In this document: positions 1 through 9,314 of the stretch, piece after piece
How the letters are laid out: every line of letters starts with the position of its first letter
Position numbering within the stretch: the stretch's first letter is position 1
Assembly (NCBI GenBank): GCA_045578445.1
Contig: JAZNKG010000019.1
Location: 21 to 64,020 of the forward strand
Direction: 5' to 3'
From: Alphaproteobacteria bacterium
GTDB taxonomy: Bacteria; Pseudomonadota; Alphaproteobacteria; RF32; CAG-239
Length of the DNA stretch: 64,000 bases
Translations under genes and position numbers: made by a program
The notes under the pieces: model-generated
What the model saw: the letters and a program-made list of their open reading frames with translations, nothing else
Database searches by the model: none
What the model was told of the DNA's origin: nothing

Positions 1-755
1 AATCTTTTCTTTTTATTCCATATAAATAAGTTAGCTATCTTAACAAATAATTTCATCGTTATTCTATTAATAAGCTCAAAAGCAGTCATATTTATTTTAT
101 ATTTCTTAAGACATGGATTTATAAGGGCTCTATTACTTCTAACCAACAATTTACCATTATCATCATACAAAACAGTATTTAAATCATAAATAACAACATT
201 TTCATCTAAATATCTTTTTTCAATGGTTTTATAGTCAAGGTTAGGTTTATGATTAAAAATCAATAAACTAATATGGTCACCAAATTTTTCTACAAGTTTT
301 TTATAAGATGAATATATGAGTTTATCATCAATCACACTAAAAGATAAATAAGCTAATAAAACTCTTTTGTTAGTATCTTTCAAATACTCATAAAATCTTT
401 GAATTCTGCGATTGTATTTTTCTAAAACAATTGGGAAAGTTGTTTCAAAATCATCACCTTGCATAAAATCATGAGGATGAATAAATCCAGTTTTTTTATT
501 AGTGTATACATCATTATGCCTATTAGGGTCATCAGGGCGATAGTCTTCAGCAATTTCATTCTTTAAAACAAAGTCATCTTTGTTAAAGAATTCTCTAAAA
601 TCATTTAATATAAGGTCAATTCTATACCCAAAATCAGGTCCAACAATCCAGTCAAATGGTCCAGAAGTAGTTCTTAAATGAGAAACTTGTAATATTCTGG
701 CCAAGCCACAGCCAAAACCAATGGAATAGATAACATCAAATTTTTTATTTTTCAT
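1..755 (-). CDS. DUF1796-like putative papain-like cysteine peptidase family protein (C-terminus beyond window edge)
   Basis: Hand translation from the ATG at 755 finds no stop before the window edge. N-terminus is MKNKKFDVIYSIGFGCGLARILQVSHLRTTSGPFDWIV; the G-x-G-C ... PFDW pattern recalls Pfam DUF1796. This ORF is not in the supplied track, presumably because it is open-ended. Confidence 0.55.
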   Translation of the reverse strand, partial: MKNKKFDVIYSIGFGCGLARILQVSHLRTTSGPFDWIVGPDFGYRIDLILNDFREFFNKDDFVLKNEIAEDYRPDDPNRHNDVYTNKKTGFIHPHDFMQGDDFETTFPIVLEKYNRRIQRFYEYLKDTNKRVLLAYLSFSVIDDKLIYSSYKKLVEKFGDHISLLIFNHKPNLDYKTIEKRYLDENVVIYDLNTVLYDDNGKLLVRSNRALINPCLKKYKINMTAFELINRITMKLFVKIANLFIWNKKKR

Positions 756-842
756 GACTTAAGTCCTCAACAAATATATAATGTCTTTTATAATAAAACA
801 CCTAGTTAGTCAATAAAACAAAAAAAATTATCCCTTTTATAA

Positions 843-3023
843 TTAGTTAAAGGAGTAGGGGTTTATATCAATATCAACTCTAACGTTAGATTTAATATTA
901 ACCATTGCTATCCATTTTTTTATAATTTCTTGAATGTTTATATGCTTAGCCGTTTTTAATAGCAATCTATATCTATACTTTCCACGTAGAAGGTGCATAG
1001 GTGCAGGAGCTGGTCCAAGTGTTTCAATAAAATCAGTATTGGGAGCAACTTTACCAAGATAATAAGCCGCAGCTTCTGCTGCCTGTTGGTTTTGTGAAGA
1101 AATAATAATTGCGCACAATTTACCATACGGTGGCATACGTAATAGCTGTCTAGAATTTTTTTCTATCTCGATAAATTTTTCTCTGTTATGCTCTAATACA
1201 GCTTGCAAAACTAAATTATCAGGGTACAGAGTTTGTAAATAAACTATACCTTTTTTCTCACCACGGCCAGCTCGACCAGAAACTTGAGCTAATAATTGAA
1301 AAGTTTGTTCACTTGCGCGCAAATCACTTCCCATAAGTCCTAAATCTGCATCAATAACACCAACTAATGTTAAATCAGGAAAATTGTGCCCCTTTGCTAG
1401 AATTTGCGTTCCTATAATAATATCTATTTCTTTATTAGCAATTTTTTGAATAACTTCCGATATTGCTTTATAATTAGTTGTTATATCAGATGATAAAATG
1501 GCAGTTCTTGCTGTTGGAAAACGATTTTTTACTTCTTCAGCAATACGTTCGACACCTGGACCACAAGCAGTCAAGCCATCTTCAGAACTACAATCTGGAC
1601 ATCTTTTAGGTGTATATCTCTTATAACCACAATGATGACATATAAGCTCCCCCGTTATTCTATGCTCAGCTAGCCATGCAGTACAGTGAGGACATTGAAT
1701 CCTAAACCCACAGTCCCTACAAATCATCAAAGGTGCATAACCTCGACGATTTAAAAATAACATAGATTGCTCGCCTTTTTCTAAATTCTTTTTTAATTCC
1801 TCAATTAAAGTTGGAGCAATAAAAGAAACACCCCATGTCCCTTTTTGAGGCTTATCTTTTTTCAAATCTATAATTTTTACCTCAGGTAATACAGCCTTAG
1901 CGTACCGCTTGCGCAATTTTACACAGTCATATTTACCTTCTTCAACATTAACAACTGTCTCCAAATCTGGAGTAGCTGTAGAAAGTATAACTGGTATTTT
2001 TTCTAAATGAGCTTTTAATATAGCCATATCTCGGCCTTGATAAGTAACCAAGCTTTCTTGTTTGAATGAATGGTCATGACTTTCATCAACAACAATAATT
2101 CCTAAATTAGAAAAGGGAAGAAATAGCGCAGACCTTGCTCCCACAATAACTTTAGCTTTACCTAATGTAATAGCTTTCCAAGTTTTTGCTTTTTCTTTTA
2201 AGCTAATCTCTGAATGCCAAATAAAAGGAACAACACCAAATCTGTTTTCAAAACGCTTTAGCCATTGTGACGTTAAAGAAATTTCAGGAACTAAAACTAA
2301 AACTTGTTTTCCTTTAGCTAATGTTTCTGATACAGCTTCAAAATAAACTTCAGTCTTACCACTACCTGTAACACCATCTAACAACGTTGCGGAATAGCCG
2401 TTATCAACTTTTCTAACTAGTATATCAGCTGCATTTTGTTGTTCATCAGTCAAGCTAACTTGTTTACTTAAATTAACAATCTGCTCTTTTGCCTCTTCAT
2501 TAACAAGAATTTCTTTTTTGTATAAAAAGCCATTCTTTATCATCGCATTAATAATGCTTTCACTAACTCCAGTAGCTTCTATAATATCTTCTTTTTCCGC
2601 CTCAATTCCATTTTCAAGATACTTAAAAATAGCTTTTCGCGCTTCAGTTATTCTAATTCCCTGTAAATTTTCATTTTTTATCTGTAATCCATAAAGATTA
2701 ACTTTTTGCTTAGGCATCTGATTACTTTTTTGCCCCAAAACCATCTTAAGCACTAAGCCAAGCTTCGCCATATTGTATTCAGCAGTCTTTTTAATAAAAG
2801 AAATCATAGAAGAAGATAGTTTTGGTAAATCTACAAGGCTAACAATTTTTTTAATCTTTTTTATATCTATATCAGAGGACTTACCTATTTTCCATACAAC
2901 ACCGACTAATTCTTCTCTACCAAAATTAACAACAACCATTTGCCCAATGCTCAAATTTTCTTCCGAGCTATAGTCAAAAACATCATCAAAAGGTAAGGGG
3001 AGAAGAATGCCGTAAATTGCCAT
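843..3023 (-). CDS. priA: Primosomal protein N' (replication restart helicase PriA)
   Basis: 726 aa with Walker A GVTGSGKTEVY and Walker B VVDESHD. It also has the four-CxxC zinc cluster typical of PriA (CRDCG..CPHC..CHHCG..CPDC). Confidence 0.95.
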   Translation of the reverse strand: MAIYGILLPLPFDDVFDYSSEENLSIGQMVVVNFGREELVGVVWKIGKSSDIDIKKIKKIVSLVDLPKLSSSMISFIKKTAEYNMAKLGLVLKMVLGQKSNQMPKQKVNLYGLQIKNENLQGIRITEARKAIFKYLENGIEAEKEDIIEATGVSESIINAMIKNGFLYKKEILVNEEAKEQIVNLSKQVSLTDEQQNAADILVRKVDNGYSATLLDGVTGSGKTEVYFEAVSETLAKGKQVLVLVPEISLTSQWLKRFENRFGVVPFIWHSEISLKEKAKTWKAITLGKAKVIVGARSALFLPFSNLGIIVVDESHDHSFKQESLVTYQGRDMAILKAHLEKIPVILSTATPDLETVVNVEEGKYDCVKLRKRYAKAVLPEVKIIDLKKDKPQKGTWGVSFIAPTLIEELKKNLEKGEQSMLFLNRRGYAPLMICRDCGFRIQCPHCTAWLAEHRITGELICHHCGYKRYTPKRCPDCSSEDGLTACGPGVERIAEEVKNRFPTARTAILSSDITTNYKAISEVIQKIANKEIDIIIGTQILAKGHNFPDLTLVGVIDADLGLMGSDLRASEQTFQLLAQVSGRAGRGEKKGIVYLQTLYPDNLVLQAVLEHNREKFIEIEKNSRQLLRMPPYGKLCAIIISSQNQQAAEAAAYYLGKVAPNTDFIETLGPAPAPMHLLRGKYRYRLLLKTAKHINIQEIIKKWIAMVNIKSNVRVDIDINPYSFN

Positions 3024-3029
3024 AAAAAA

Positions 3030-3632
3030 CTAATCTCCAATAACAAGCTTATTGTCTTTTAACGCAACATTTACTTCACTTTTCTCAAGATAAGCTAATA
3101 AATAATACAATGGAGCATAAGAAGAAGGATTATTATCCGATATATCTTCACCTGCTAATATATTTTTTATATTACTAAGCTTTCTTTCATCTAAATTAAA
3201 AGAAGAGTTAGCTTCAATAATCAATGAATTTTCAGTTTGAATTACAGCAATTTCTCCCCCTTTAATTATAGAATCAGCCATCATCATAACAGCTGGCATA
3301 ATCAATTTATGGATATTATAATTCTCTATTTTTAAGCTCAGAGATATTGGAGTATTAGGGTTACCTAAGGTTGATAAATAATCTCTTGTAATATTTTCTA
3401 GCTCATCCATAGACTTTATTGTAGCATTTGATAAGCCAAAACAGAGTCTAAAAAACTTTAAGCGTCTAGTCAAAACTCTAGAACTGAAATTTAAGATATT
3501 ACTAATATCATCTTTGTCATCATCATCACCTTCATTCAATAGTTCTACAGCATTAGCAATAGCGCCAACATTACCAATTAGATCGTGTGATAAACGAGTT
3601 GCTAAGACTTCACTTACAAAAGTATTTTTCAT
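3030..3632 (-). CDS. chpT: Histidine phosphotransferase ChpT (CckA-ChpT-CtrA phosphorelay)
   Basis: 200 aa. LATRLSHDLIGNVGAIANAVELL matches the phospho-His helix of Caulobacter ChpT (LAARLCHDFISPASAIVSGLDLL), and FFRLCFG matches FTRVAFG. The gene ends 6 nt before the priA start. Confidence 0.8.
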   Translation of the reverse strand: MKNTFVSEVLATRLSHDLIGNVGAIANAVELLNEGDDDDKDDISNILNFSSRVLTRRLKFFRLCFGLSNATIKSMDELENITRDYLSTLGNPNTPISLSLKIENYNIHKLIMPAVMMMADSIIKGGEIAVIQTENSLIIEANSSFNLDERKLSNIKNILAGEDISDNNPSSYAPLYYLLAYLEKSEVNVALKDNKLVIGD

Positions 3633-3659
3633 TTTTTATATACTCCAGATAAATATAAT

Positions 3660-4625
3660 TTAAAAGTGGTAGTACTGAATATTAGATAACCTAGTATCTT
3701 CATTAAACATACGCTTAGAGTCCAAAGTTACCAACAAAGGATCAGCCAGTTCTAAAGCGCCAGTAGAAGCTTTAAGATAAGGTTTTTTGCCACCTAAGCC
3801 CCATTTAATCTCACTTTTATTATCAGGCTCTCCATACTTGAAACTAATTCTTTGCCAAAAATCATATATTTTAAGATTATTTATATAAACTCTATTAGAA
3901 GCTCGACTCTCAGACATAGGTAAATAGCTTTTATAAAAAATATGATGTGCAACATTATCTGTAAAAGTAGAAGTATAATGTATAGTCAAACTCTCTTTTG
4001 TAGAAAAACGATTGTAAACTTCTTTATCAATATACTGGTATCCATTTTCTTTAGAAACACCAGTAGCACAAGCATTAAGTCTTTCAAAACCAATAACCCC
4101 ATTTAATCTACATAATTCTTCACTTCTCCATCTTATAAAGTTAGGAATTGCAAAGGTTTGAACTATTCTTCTATATCCTTGTTTTTCTAAAATCTTATTG
4201 ACTTGTTCAGGCTTCATTCTAAGTCTTATCTTCGAAATATCAAAATTAGCCGCATTAGACCTTATATTTCTCTTAACTCTTTCTATGCGTTTTTTATCTT
4301 CTTCTGTATTTTTTTCTATTCCAACATCATCAGCTTTTTTCATGCCAGAAAGAAAACTACTTAACCAACTCTCCGATTCGTTTTTATTTTTTTTCTTTTT
4401 ATCAAATTTTTCACTAAAAGTAGTCTCTTCAACATCATTATTTTCAGTGGTTTTGGCTTCTTTTTTCTTTTCATCCATTAAAATATCCATCTCAGAAAGC
4501 AAATCAGCATCGTCACTGTTTTGTGCATAAACAGCGCCAATATTAATAAATAAGCCAATAATAAAAGCCAATAATGTAGTTAACATTCTGAAAATACTCA
4601 TATTACATATCAATCCAAAAAACAC
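3660..4625 (-). CDS. Secreted hypothetical protein
   Basis: Signal-peptide-like MSIFRMLTTLLAFIIGLFINIGAVYA-Q; the likely true start is the internal Met at 4601. A charged K/E/D-rich segment is followed by a globular C-terminal part. No family recognised. Confidence 0.6.
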   Translation of the reverse strand: MFFGLICNMSIFRMLTTLLAFIIGLFINIGAVYAQNSDDADLLSEMDILMDEKKKEAKTTENNDVEETTFSEKFDKKKKNKNESESWLSSFLSGMKKADDVGIEKNTEEDKKRIERVKRNIRSNAANFDISKIRLRMKPEQVNKILEKQGYRRIVQTFAIPNFIRWRSEELCRLNGVIGFERLNACATGVSKENGYQYIDKEVYNRFSTKESLTIHYTSTFTDNVAHHIFYKSYLPMSESRASNRVYINNLKIYDFWQRISFKYGEPDNKSEIKWGLGGKKPYLKASTGALELADPLLVTLDSKRMFNEDTRLSNIQYYHF

Positions 4626-4719
4626 TATAACATATCTTTTTTAAAAATCATCTAATTTTTAGTATTTACAAACCGAAGAAGTGGATATATAACAAAAATA
4701 ATTTTGGAAAGGAAAGAAA

Positions 4720-6069
4720 ATGGAATTAAAAGCAAAAGTTATTGGCGGTGGATTAGCTGGAGCAGAAGCCTCATGGCAGTTAGCAGAACAGGGGATAAAG
4801 GTTACTTTGTATGATATGAAGCCAGTAAAATATTCTCCTGCTCACAAAACAGAAGGATTTGCCGAGTTAGTATGTTCCAACTCTTTTCGTTCAGATGATT
4901 ACAATAATAATGCAGTAGGGCTTTTGCACCAAGAAATGCGTATGGCAAAGTCTTTAATTATGGAAGCCGCAGATAAAACAAAAGTTCCAGCAGGTGGAGC
5001 TTTAGCCGTTGATAGAGAAGGTTTTTCTGCTTATGTGACTGAAAAATTAAAATCACATCCATTAATTACCATCGTTTCAGAAGAGATAACTAAACTTCCA
5101 GATAAAAATGATGATTTAACAATAATTGCTACTGGTCCACTAACATCAGAAGCTCTAGCAAAAGATATTTCAAATGCAATTGGCGGGGAAAAGCTATCGT
5201 TTTATGACGCAATAGCTCCCGTAATTTATAAAGAAAGTATAGATTTTACAAAAGCTTGGTATCAATCAAGATACGATAAGGGGGACAAATATGATTATAT
5301 TAACTGCCCTCTAAATAAAGAACAATATGATGAATTTATAGAAGAATTGTTAAATTCTCCCAAAGCTGAATTTCATGATTTTGAAAAACCAGAATATTTT
5401 GACGGTTGCCTTCCAATAGAAGTAATGGCTGAACGTGGACATGATACACTTGTATATGGTCCAATGAAGCCAGTAGGGTTGACCAATCCACATAGTACAG
5501 AGCGTCCATATGCAGTAGTTCAGTTGCGTCAGGATAATAAAGAAGATACTTTAAGAAATATGGTAGGTTTTCAAACCAAACTAAAACATAATGAACAAAC
5601 TCGAATTTTTCGCAAGATTCCTGGGTTGGAGAATGCTATTTTCGCGCGTTTAGGTGGAATTCATAAAAATACTTTCATTAAATCTCCAATTTTATTAGAT
5701 AAGTACTTGCGTCTAAAATCTCAACCAAACATTATGTTTGCAGGTCAAATAACTGGGTGTGAGGGCTATATAGAAAGTGCTTCAATTGGTTGGTTGGTCG
5801 GATATTTTGCCTCAAATCTATTAAAAGGGAAAGAGCCAATATTGCCCCCAAGAGAAACAGCATTTGGTTGTCAATTAGCACATTTGACTGATGCCACAGA
5901 TATAGAACGCTATCAACCAATGAATATAAATTTTGGGTTGTTTCCAGAACTTCCTAAACAATTAACTTCAAATGGAAAATTGAGATATCTAAAAGGTTCT
6001 GAAAAGAAAACTGCACTAACAAAAAGAGCTTTAGAAGCTGTGGAAGGGTGGTTGAATGCAATATCATAA
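4720..6069 (+). CDS. trmFO: Methylenetetrahydrofolate--tRNA-(uracil54-C5)-methyltransferase TrmFO
   Basis: 449 aa. FAD dinucleotide fold [17 protein letters not shown] and overall Gid/TrmFO-like sequence ([23 protein letters not shown]). Confidence 0.9.
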   Translation: MELKAKVIGGGLAGAEASWQLAEQGIKVTLYDMKPVKYSPAHKTEGFAELVCSNSFRSDDYNNNAVGLLHQEMRMAKSLIMEAADKTKVPAGGALAVDREGFSAYVTEKLKSHPLITIVSEEITKLPDKNDDLTIIATGPLTSEALAKDISNAIGGEKLSFYDAIAPVIYKESIDFTKAWYQSRYDKGDKYDYINCPLNKEQYDEFIEELLNSPKAEFHDFEKPEYFDGCLPIEVMAERGHDTLVYGPMKPVGLTNPHSTERPYAVVQLRQDNKEDTLRNMVGFQTKLKHNEQTRIFRKIPGLENAIFARLGGIHKNTFIKSPILLDKYLRLKSQPNIMFAGQITGCEGYIESASIGWLVGYFASNLLKGKEPILPPRETAFGCQLAHLTDATDIERYQPMNINFGLFPELPKQLTSNGKLRYLKGSEKKTALTKRALEAVEGWLNAIS

Positions 6070-6805
6070 TATAAATATTCCGTCTTTTTTGCCTCCGCTA
6101 TCTCATTATATTAATTTAGTGTCAAAGCAAGATAGAGAGTTCTTTTTAGCTTATGTAAAATGGTTTTACTTACTTGCTAAACGAGGATTAAGGCTAAAAA
6201 ATACAAACTTTAAATATCTTTATAAGGCAATATCTAAAGAATGGTCAAACAAAAGATTACTTGGATATTTGCAACAAGAGTTCATTAAGCGCAATATGTC
6301 TTTGTCATTACTATTAGAACCAATAGAAGGATTTGATTGGTTGTCAAAAAATCGCTATAAACTTTCTTTTTCTACAATGGGTGCAATGATGTTACAAGTC
6401 GTTGCTCCGTTTAGTCGTTTTATAGCAGTTACAAATAATCAAAAACCACCATTTTATCAGCCTTTTTCTAATTTATTATTTATTTATATTGCAATATATA
6501 GCGCTAATATCCCAGAAATAGCTTTATTGTTTAAAAACAATTCAATAGAAATAGATACTAAATCTTTAGATGAACAATTATTGCGTTTACATAATGAAGC
6601 AAAACAAGTGCTATCCGTAACATATATCTTAAAAAATAGGCTAAAAATAGCATATCTTCTTGGCTTAAGTCTTATATTAATAAAAAAACATCAGCAAAAA
6701 CAAAAAAATAAAATAGAAAAATTAGATTATGTTAACGCATTTTTATATGGTTTGTGGTATATGCTAAAATCAAAAGATAAAACCAAAGGATTAAATCAAA
6801 TATAA
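6056..6805 (+). CDS. Hypothetical protein, possibly a divergent squalene/phytoene-synthase-fold protein
   Basis: 249-aa ORF overlapping the trmFO stop by 14 nt. It is helical and sits directly upstream of a recognisable SQS_PSY-family gene. Its own motifs are too weak to assign. Confidence 0.45.
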   Translation: MQYHNINIPSFLPPLSHYINLVSKQDREFFLAYVKWFYLLAKRGLRLKNTNFKYLYKAISKEWSNKRLLGYLQQEFIKRNMSLSLLLEPIEGFDWLSKNRYKLSFSTMGAMMLQVVAPFSRFIAVTNNQKPPFYQPFSNLLFIYIAIYSANIPEIALLFKNNSIEIDTKSLDEQLLRLHNEAKQVLSVTYILKNRLKIAYLLGLSLILIKKHQQKQKNKIEKLDYVNAFLYGLWYMLKSKDKTKGLNQI

Positions 6806-6821
6806 AAGTTAAGGAATATCA

Positions 6822-7664
6822 ATGAGTTCAATAGGTCGCGTTGTAAAAGAAAACTATTCTGGATTATACTGGTGCACAAGACATTATACTAAGGGTAAAA
6901 GACAAGCAATTCACACCTTATATGCTTTAGTTAAGCATTTTGATGATTTGTGCTCTAGTTCCATTTCAGCTAATGAAAAAAAAGAAATAATTAAAGCCTG
7001 GGAGCGAGAAATTGATAATATTTATGATAAAAAAGTTCCAGTAACAGAAATAGGGCGTAGAGTGTACAAAGATTGTATGCGCTTTAAGTTGCTAAAAGAA
7101 CGTTTTGAAAATATTATAGCATCATTACAAAGTGATTGTCCTAATCCGATAAATCGTCCAACGCAAAAAGAGTTAAATCAATATTGTCAAGGTATAGCTA
7201 TAACTCCAACATATTTAATACTTAAAGTAATAGCTGAATTTGATGATGAAACAAATGATAAACTTGCAACTCAAATTGGTCAAGCAATAGAAATTACAAA
7301 TATTCTAAAAAATACTAAAGAGGATATGAGTTTAGGACATGTTTATATTCCAGAAGAATTTTTGGCAGAAGCAGAAATAGAAAAAACATTAACTCCCAAA
7401 GAGGTGTTAACTCATACAAATTTGTATGTAGCTCGTCAAAAACTAGCAGATATTGCCCGTAAAGCATTTGCAGAATCATATCGTTTACTTGAAGAAAATA
7501 ACAATACCAATTCTAAGCCAGTTATCTATGTACTAAATTTATACCAAAAATATTTTGAGATTATGGATAATAGGGGGTGGGAGGTAATTTCTCCAAAACC
7601 AAAATTAAAGTTAAAAGATAATTTGCTCCTAGTAGCAAAGACGATGCTTGGCAAAGGTTACTAA
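6822..7664 (+). CDS. Squalene/phytoene synthase family (SQS_PSY) protein with degenerate Asp-rich motifs
   Basis: 280 aa. LYALVKHFDDL corresponds to the first YAxCRxxDDxxD-like box (only DD kept). NILKNTKEDMSLGHVYIPEEF corresponds to the NILRDxxEDxxxGRxYLP box. Confidence 0.7.
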   Translation: MSSIGRVVKENYSGLYWCTRHYTKGKRQAIHTLYALVKHFDDLCSSSISANEKKEIIKAWEREIDNIYDKKVPVTEIGRRVYKDCMRFKLLKERFENIIASLQSDCPNPINRPTQKELNQYCQGIAITPTYLILKVIAEFDDETNDKLATQIGQAIEITNILKNTKEDMSLGHVYIPEEFLAEAEIEKTLTPKEVLTHTNLYVARQKLADIARKAFAESYRLLEENNNTNSKPVIYVLNLYQKYFEIMDNRGWEVISPKPKLKLKDNLLLVAKTMLGKGY

Positions 7665-7666
7665 AA

Positions 7667-7703
7667 AACAAAAAAGCCCTCAAACTGAGGGCTAATTTTT
7701 TTT
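7667..7703. terminator. Bidirectional rho-independent terminator
   Basis: Stem AGCCCTCA/TGAGGGCT (7675-7693) flanked by an A-run and a T-run, between convergent genes. Confidence 0.8.
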
Positions 7704-7716
7704 AATTTGTATAAAA

Positions 7717-8130
7717 CTATTCTACAGCATTTGCTTTTGTTCTGCTAAAGAATCCTTTTTTCCTTTTAGTTTGTTTGATATTTCGAGCATCTTTTTTAAT
7801 TTCAAATGCTTTATATACTTTTTCTTTTTCATCAGCGCTTACTAAAGCATTTTCATAACCACCAGCAATAGCTAATTCAGTCATAAGGAATCTAGACGTT
7901 TTAGAAGTACTTCTACCTTCAATAGATGCAATAACAACATCTTTAAATTCCTTCTGATTTTCAATTGGAAGTTTTTTGATTTCGTTTAGCATTTTTTTGA
8001 TAACCGCATAATTATTAGTACGGTTCAATACCTCAAAACCATCAGCAGGCTTAAACCCATCTTTAACAGCAGTGCCAATATATTTATACACTTCTGTTGG
8101 TCCTTGAGGATTTGTTATATTAAAAAACAT
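7717..8130 (-). CDS. Hypothetical protein (137 aa, basic C-terminus)
   Basis: The ORF sits between two terminators. No recognisable motif. Confidence 0.55.
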   Translation of the reverse strand: MFFNITNPQGPTEVYKYIGTAVKDGFKPADGFEVLNRTNNYAVIKKMLNEIKKLPIENQKEFKDVVIASIEGRSTSKTSRFLMTELAIAGGYENALVSADEKEKVYKAFEIKKDARNIKQTKRKKGFFSRTKANAVE

Positions 8131-8203
8131 TTCTTATCTCCAATATTCATAAGTGGACAACTATATAAACATAAAATATCATAAAATCAAGTGTTTTTCA
8201 ACA

Positions 8204-8236
8204 AAAAAATAAAAAAAGCACCTAAACTTAGGTGCT
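8204..8236 (-). terminator. Rho-independent terminator of the flavin reductase gene
   Basis: Stem AGCACCTA/TAGGTGCT, followed on the minus strand by a long T-run. Confidence 0.75.
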
Positions 8237-8257
8237 ATAAGTATGGCAAATAATACT

Positions 8258-9130
8258 TTAAGCCTTATTTTTAGGCTTTTTTCTAAAGCTTCCATCAGAT
8301 TTCTTTTTGAAGCTATAAGGTTCATAATTTGTTGATTTTTTTGTTTTTTCAGCAAATTTTGTTGTTTTTTTCTTCTTAAAAGTAGAGTTATCCTTTTTTT
8401 CTTCTTTTTCAGGCTTCTTAAATTTAGGTGTTTTAATTGTAACTTTAACCCCACTATCTAAAACCTTTTCTTCAACAATTTGACGAACTTTTTGCTCGGT
8501 TTTAATATTTTTACGTCTACCAAATTTTTCATCAGCTTTTGTTATAGTAGATTTACTTGGTGTTTTTTTCTTTTTCTCAACAGAAAAACCAAATTTTCCA
8601 AGTTGTTTGCCAAGAGCGTAATAAAAACCATGAGCATAAGCTAAAAGTCCAGCTTTATCAAGTTCCAACGCACCATTTTCATTTATATATTTGTCATCTA
8701 CATTTACCGCTAACACTTCAGCTAAAAACATATCATGAGTACCAAAAGAACGCACTTCTAATACTTTACATTCAATAGAAATTGGACATTCTTTAACTTG
8801 CGGTGCGCTAACCTTGTTGCAAGCTTCTGCTGTTAAACCTGTAAGTTTAAATTTATCTAAATCTCTGCCACTTTTAACCCCCACAGTATCAACTGCTTCA
8901 GCAATTTTTACTGTAGGTATATTGATAACAAATTCTTTGTTTTTGCTAATAAGTTCATGTGAATATCTGCTAGGACGGATAGAAACATAAGTAATAACAG
9001 GTTCAGAACAAATAATACCAGTCCAAGCAGCGGTCATAACATTTGGTTTTTCCATATCACCAGAAGAAATAAGAGCAGGTGGTAAAGGGGCAAGCATTGT
9101 GCCAGGGTTCCACATAATTTTAGTCATCAC
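8258..9130 (-). CDS. Flavin reductase-like (FMN-binding split-barrel) protein with about 105-aa lysine-rich C-terminal tail
   Basis: The N-terminal 185 aa (NVMTAAWTGIICSEPVITYVSIRPSRYSHELI..EFVINIP) resemble the Flavin_Reduct domain. Residues 186-290 are K-rich low complexity. Confidence 0.7.
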   Translation of the reverse strand: MMTKIMWNPGTMLAPLPPALISSGDMEKPNVMTAAWTGIICSEPVITYVSIRPSRYSHELISKNKEFVINIPTVKIAEAVDTVGVKSGRDLDKFKLTGLTAEACNKVSAPQVKECPISIECKVLEVRSFGTHDMFLAEVLAVNVDDKYINENGALELDKAGLLAYAHGFYYALGKQLGKFGFSVEKKKKTPSKSTITKADEKFGRRKNIKTEQKVRQIVEEKVLDSGVKVTIKTPKFKKPEKEEKKDNSTFKKKKTTKFAEKTKKSTNYEPYSFKKKSDGSFRKKPKNKA

Positions 9131-9314
9131 AAAATCCTTTCATAATCTAATATAAAAGCTCTAACACAAAGGATATAATAAAAGGTTAATAAATAAAAAA
9201 GAATATATAATAAAAAAGTCTGTGAGATTTTACTAAAAAGCTTGAAAAATTAGAATAATAGGGGCAGATTATAAACAACTTTATAAGAATTTTAATTTGA
9301 AAGGTATATAAGTA

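Noticed and set aside
8179-8454. 91-aa ORF overlapping the 3' end of the flavin reductase gene in another frame.
   Set aside because: It is a K-rich frame-shifted reading of the same A-rich sequence, and it runs into the terminator. There is no independent support.
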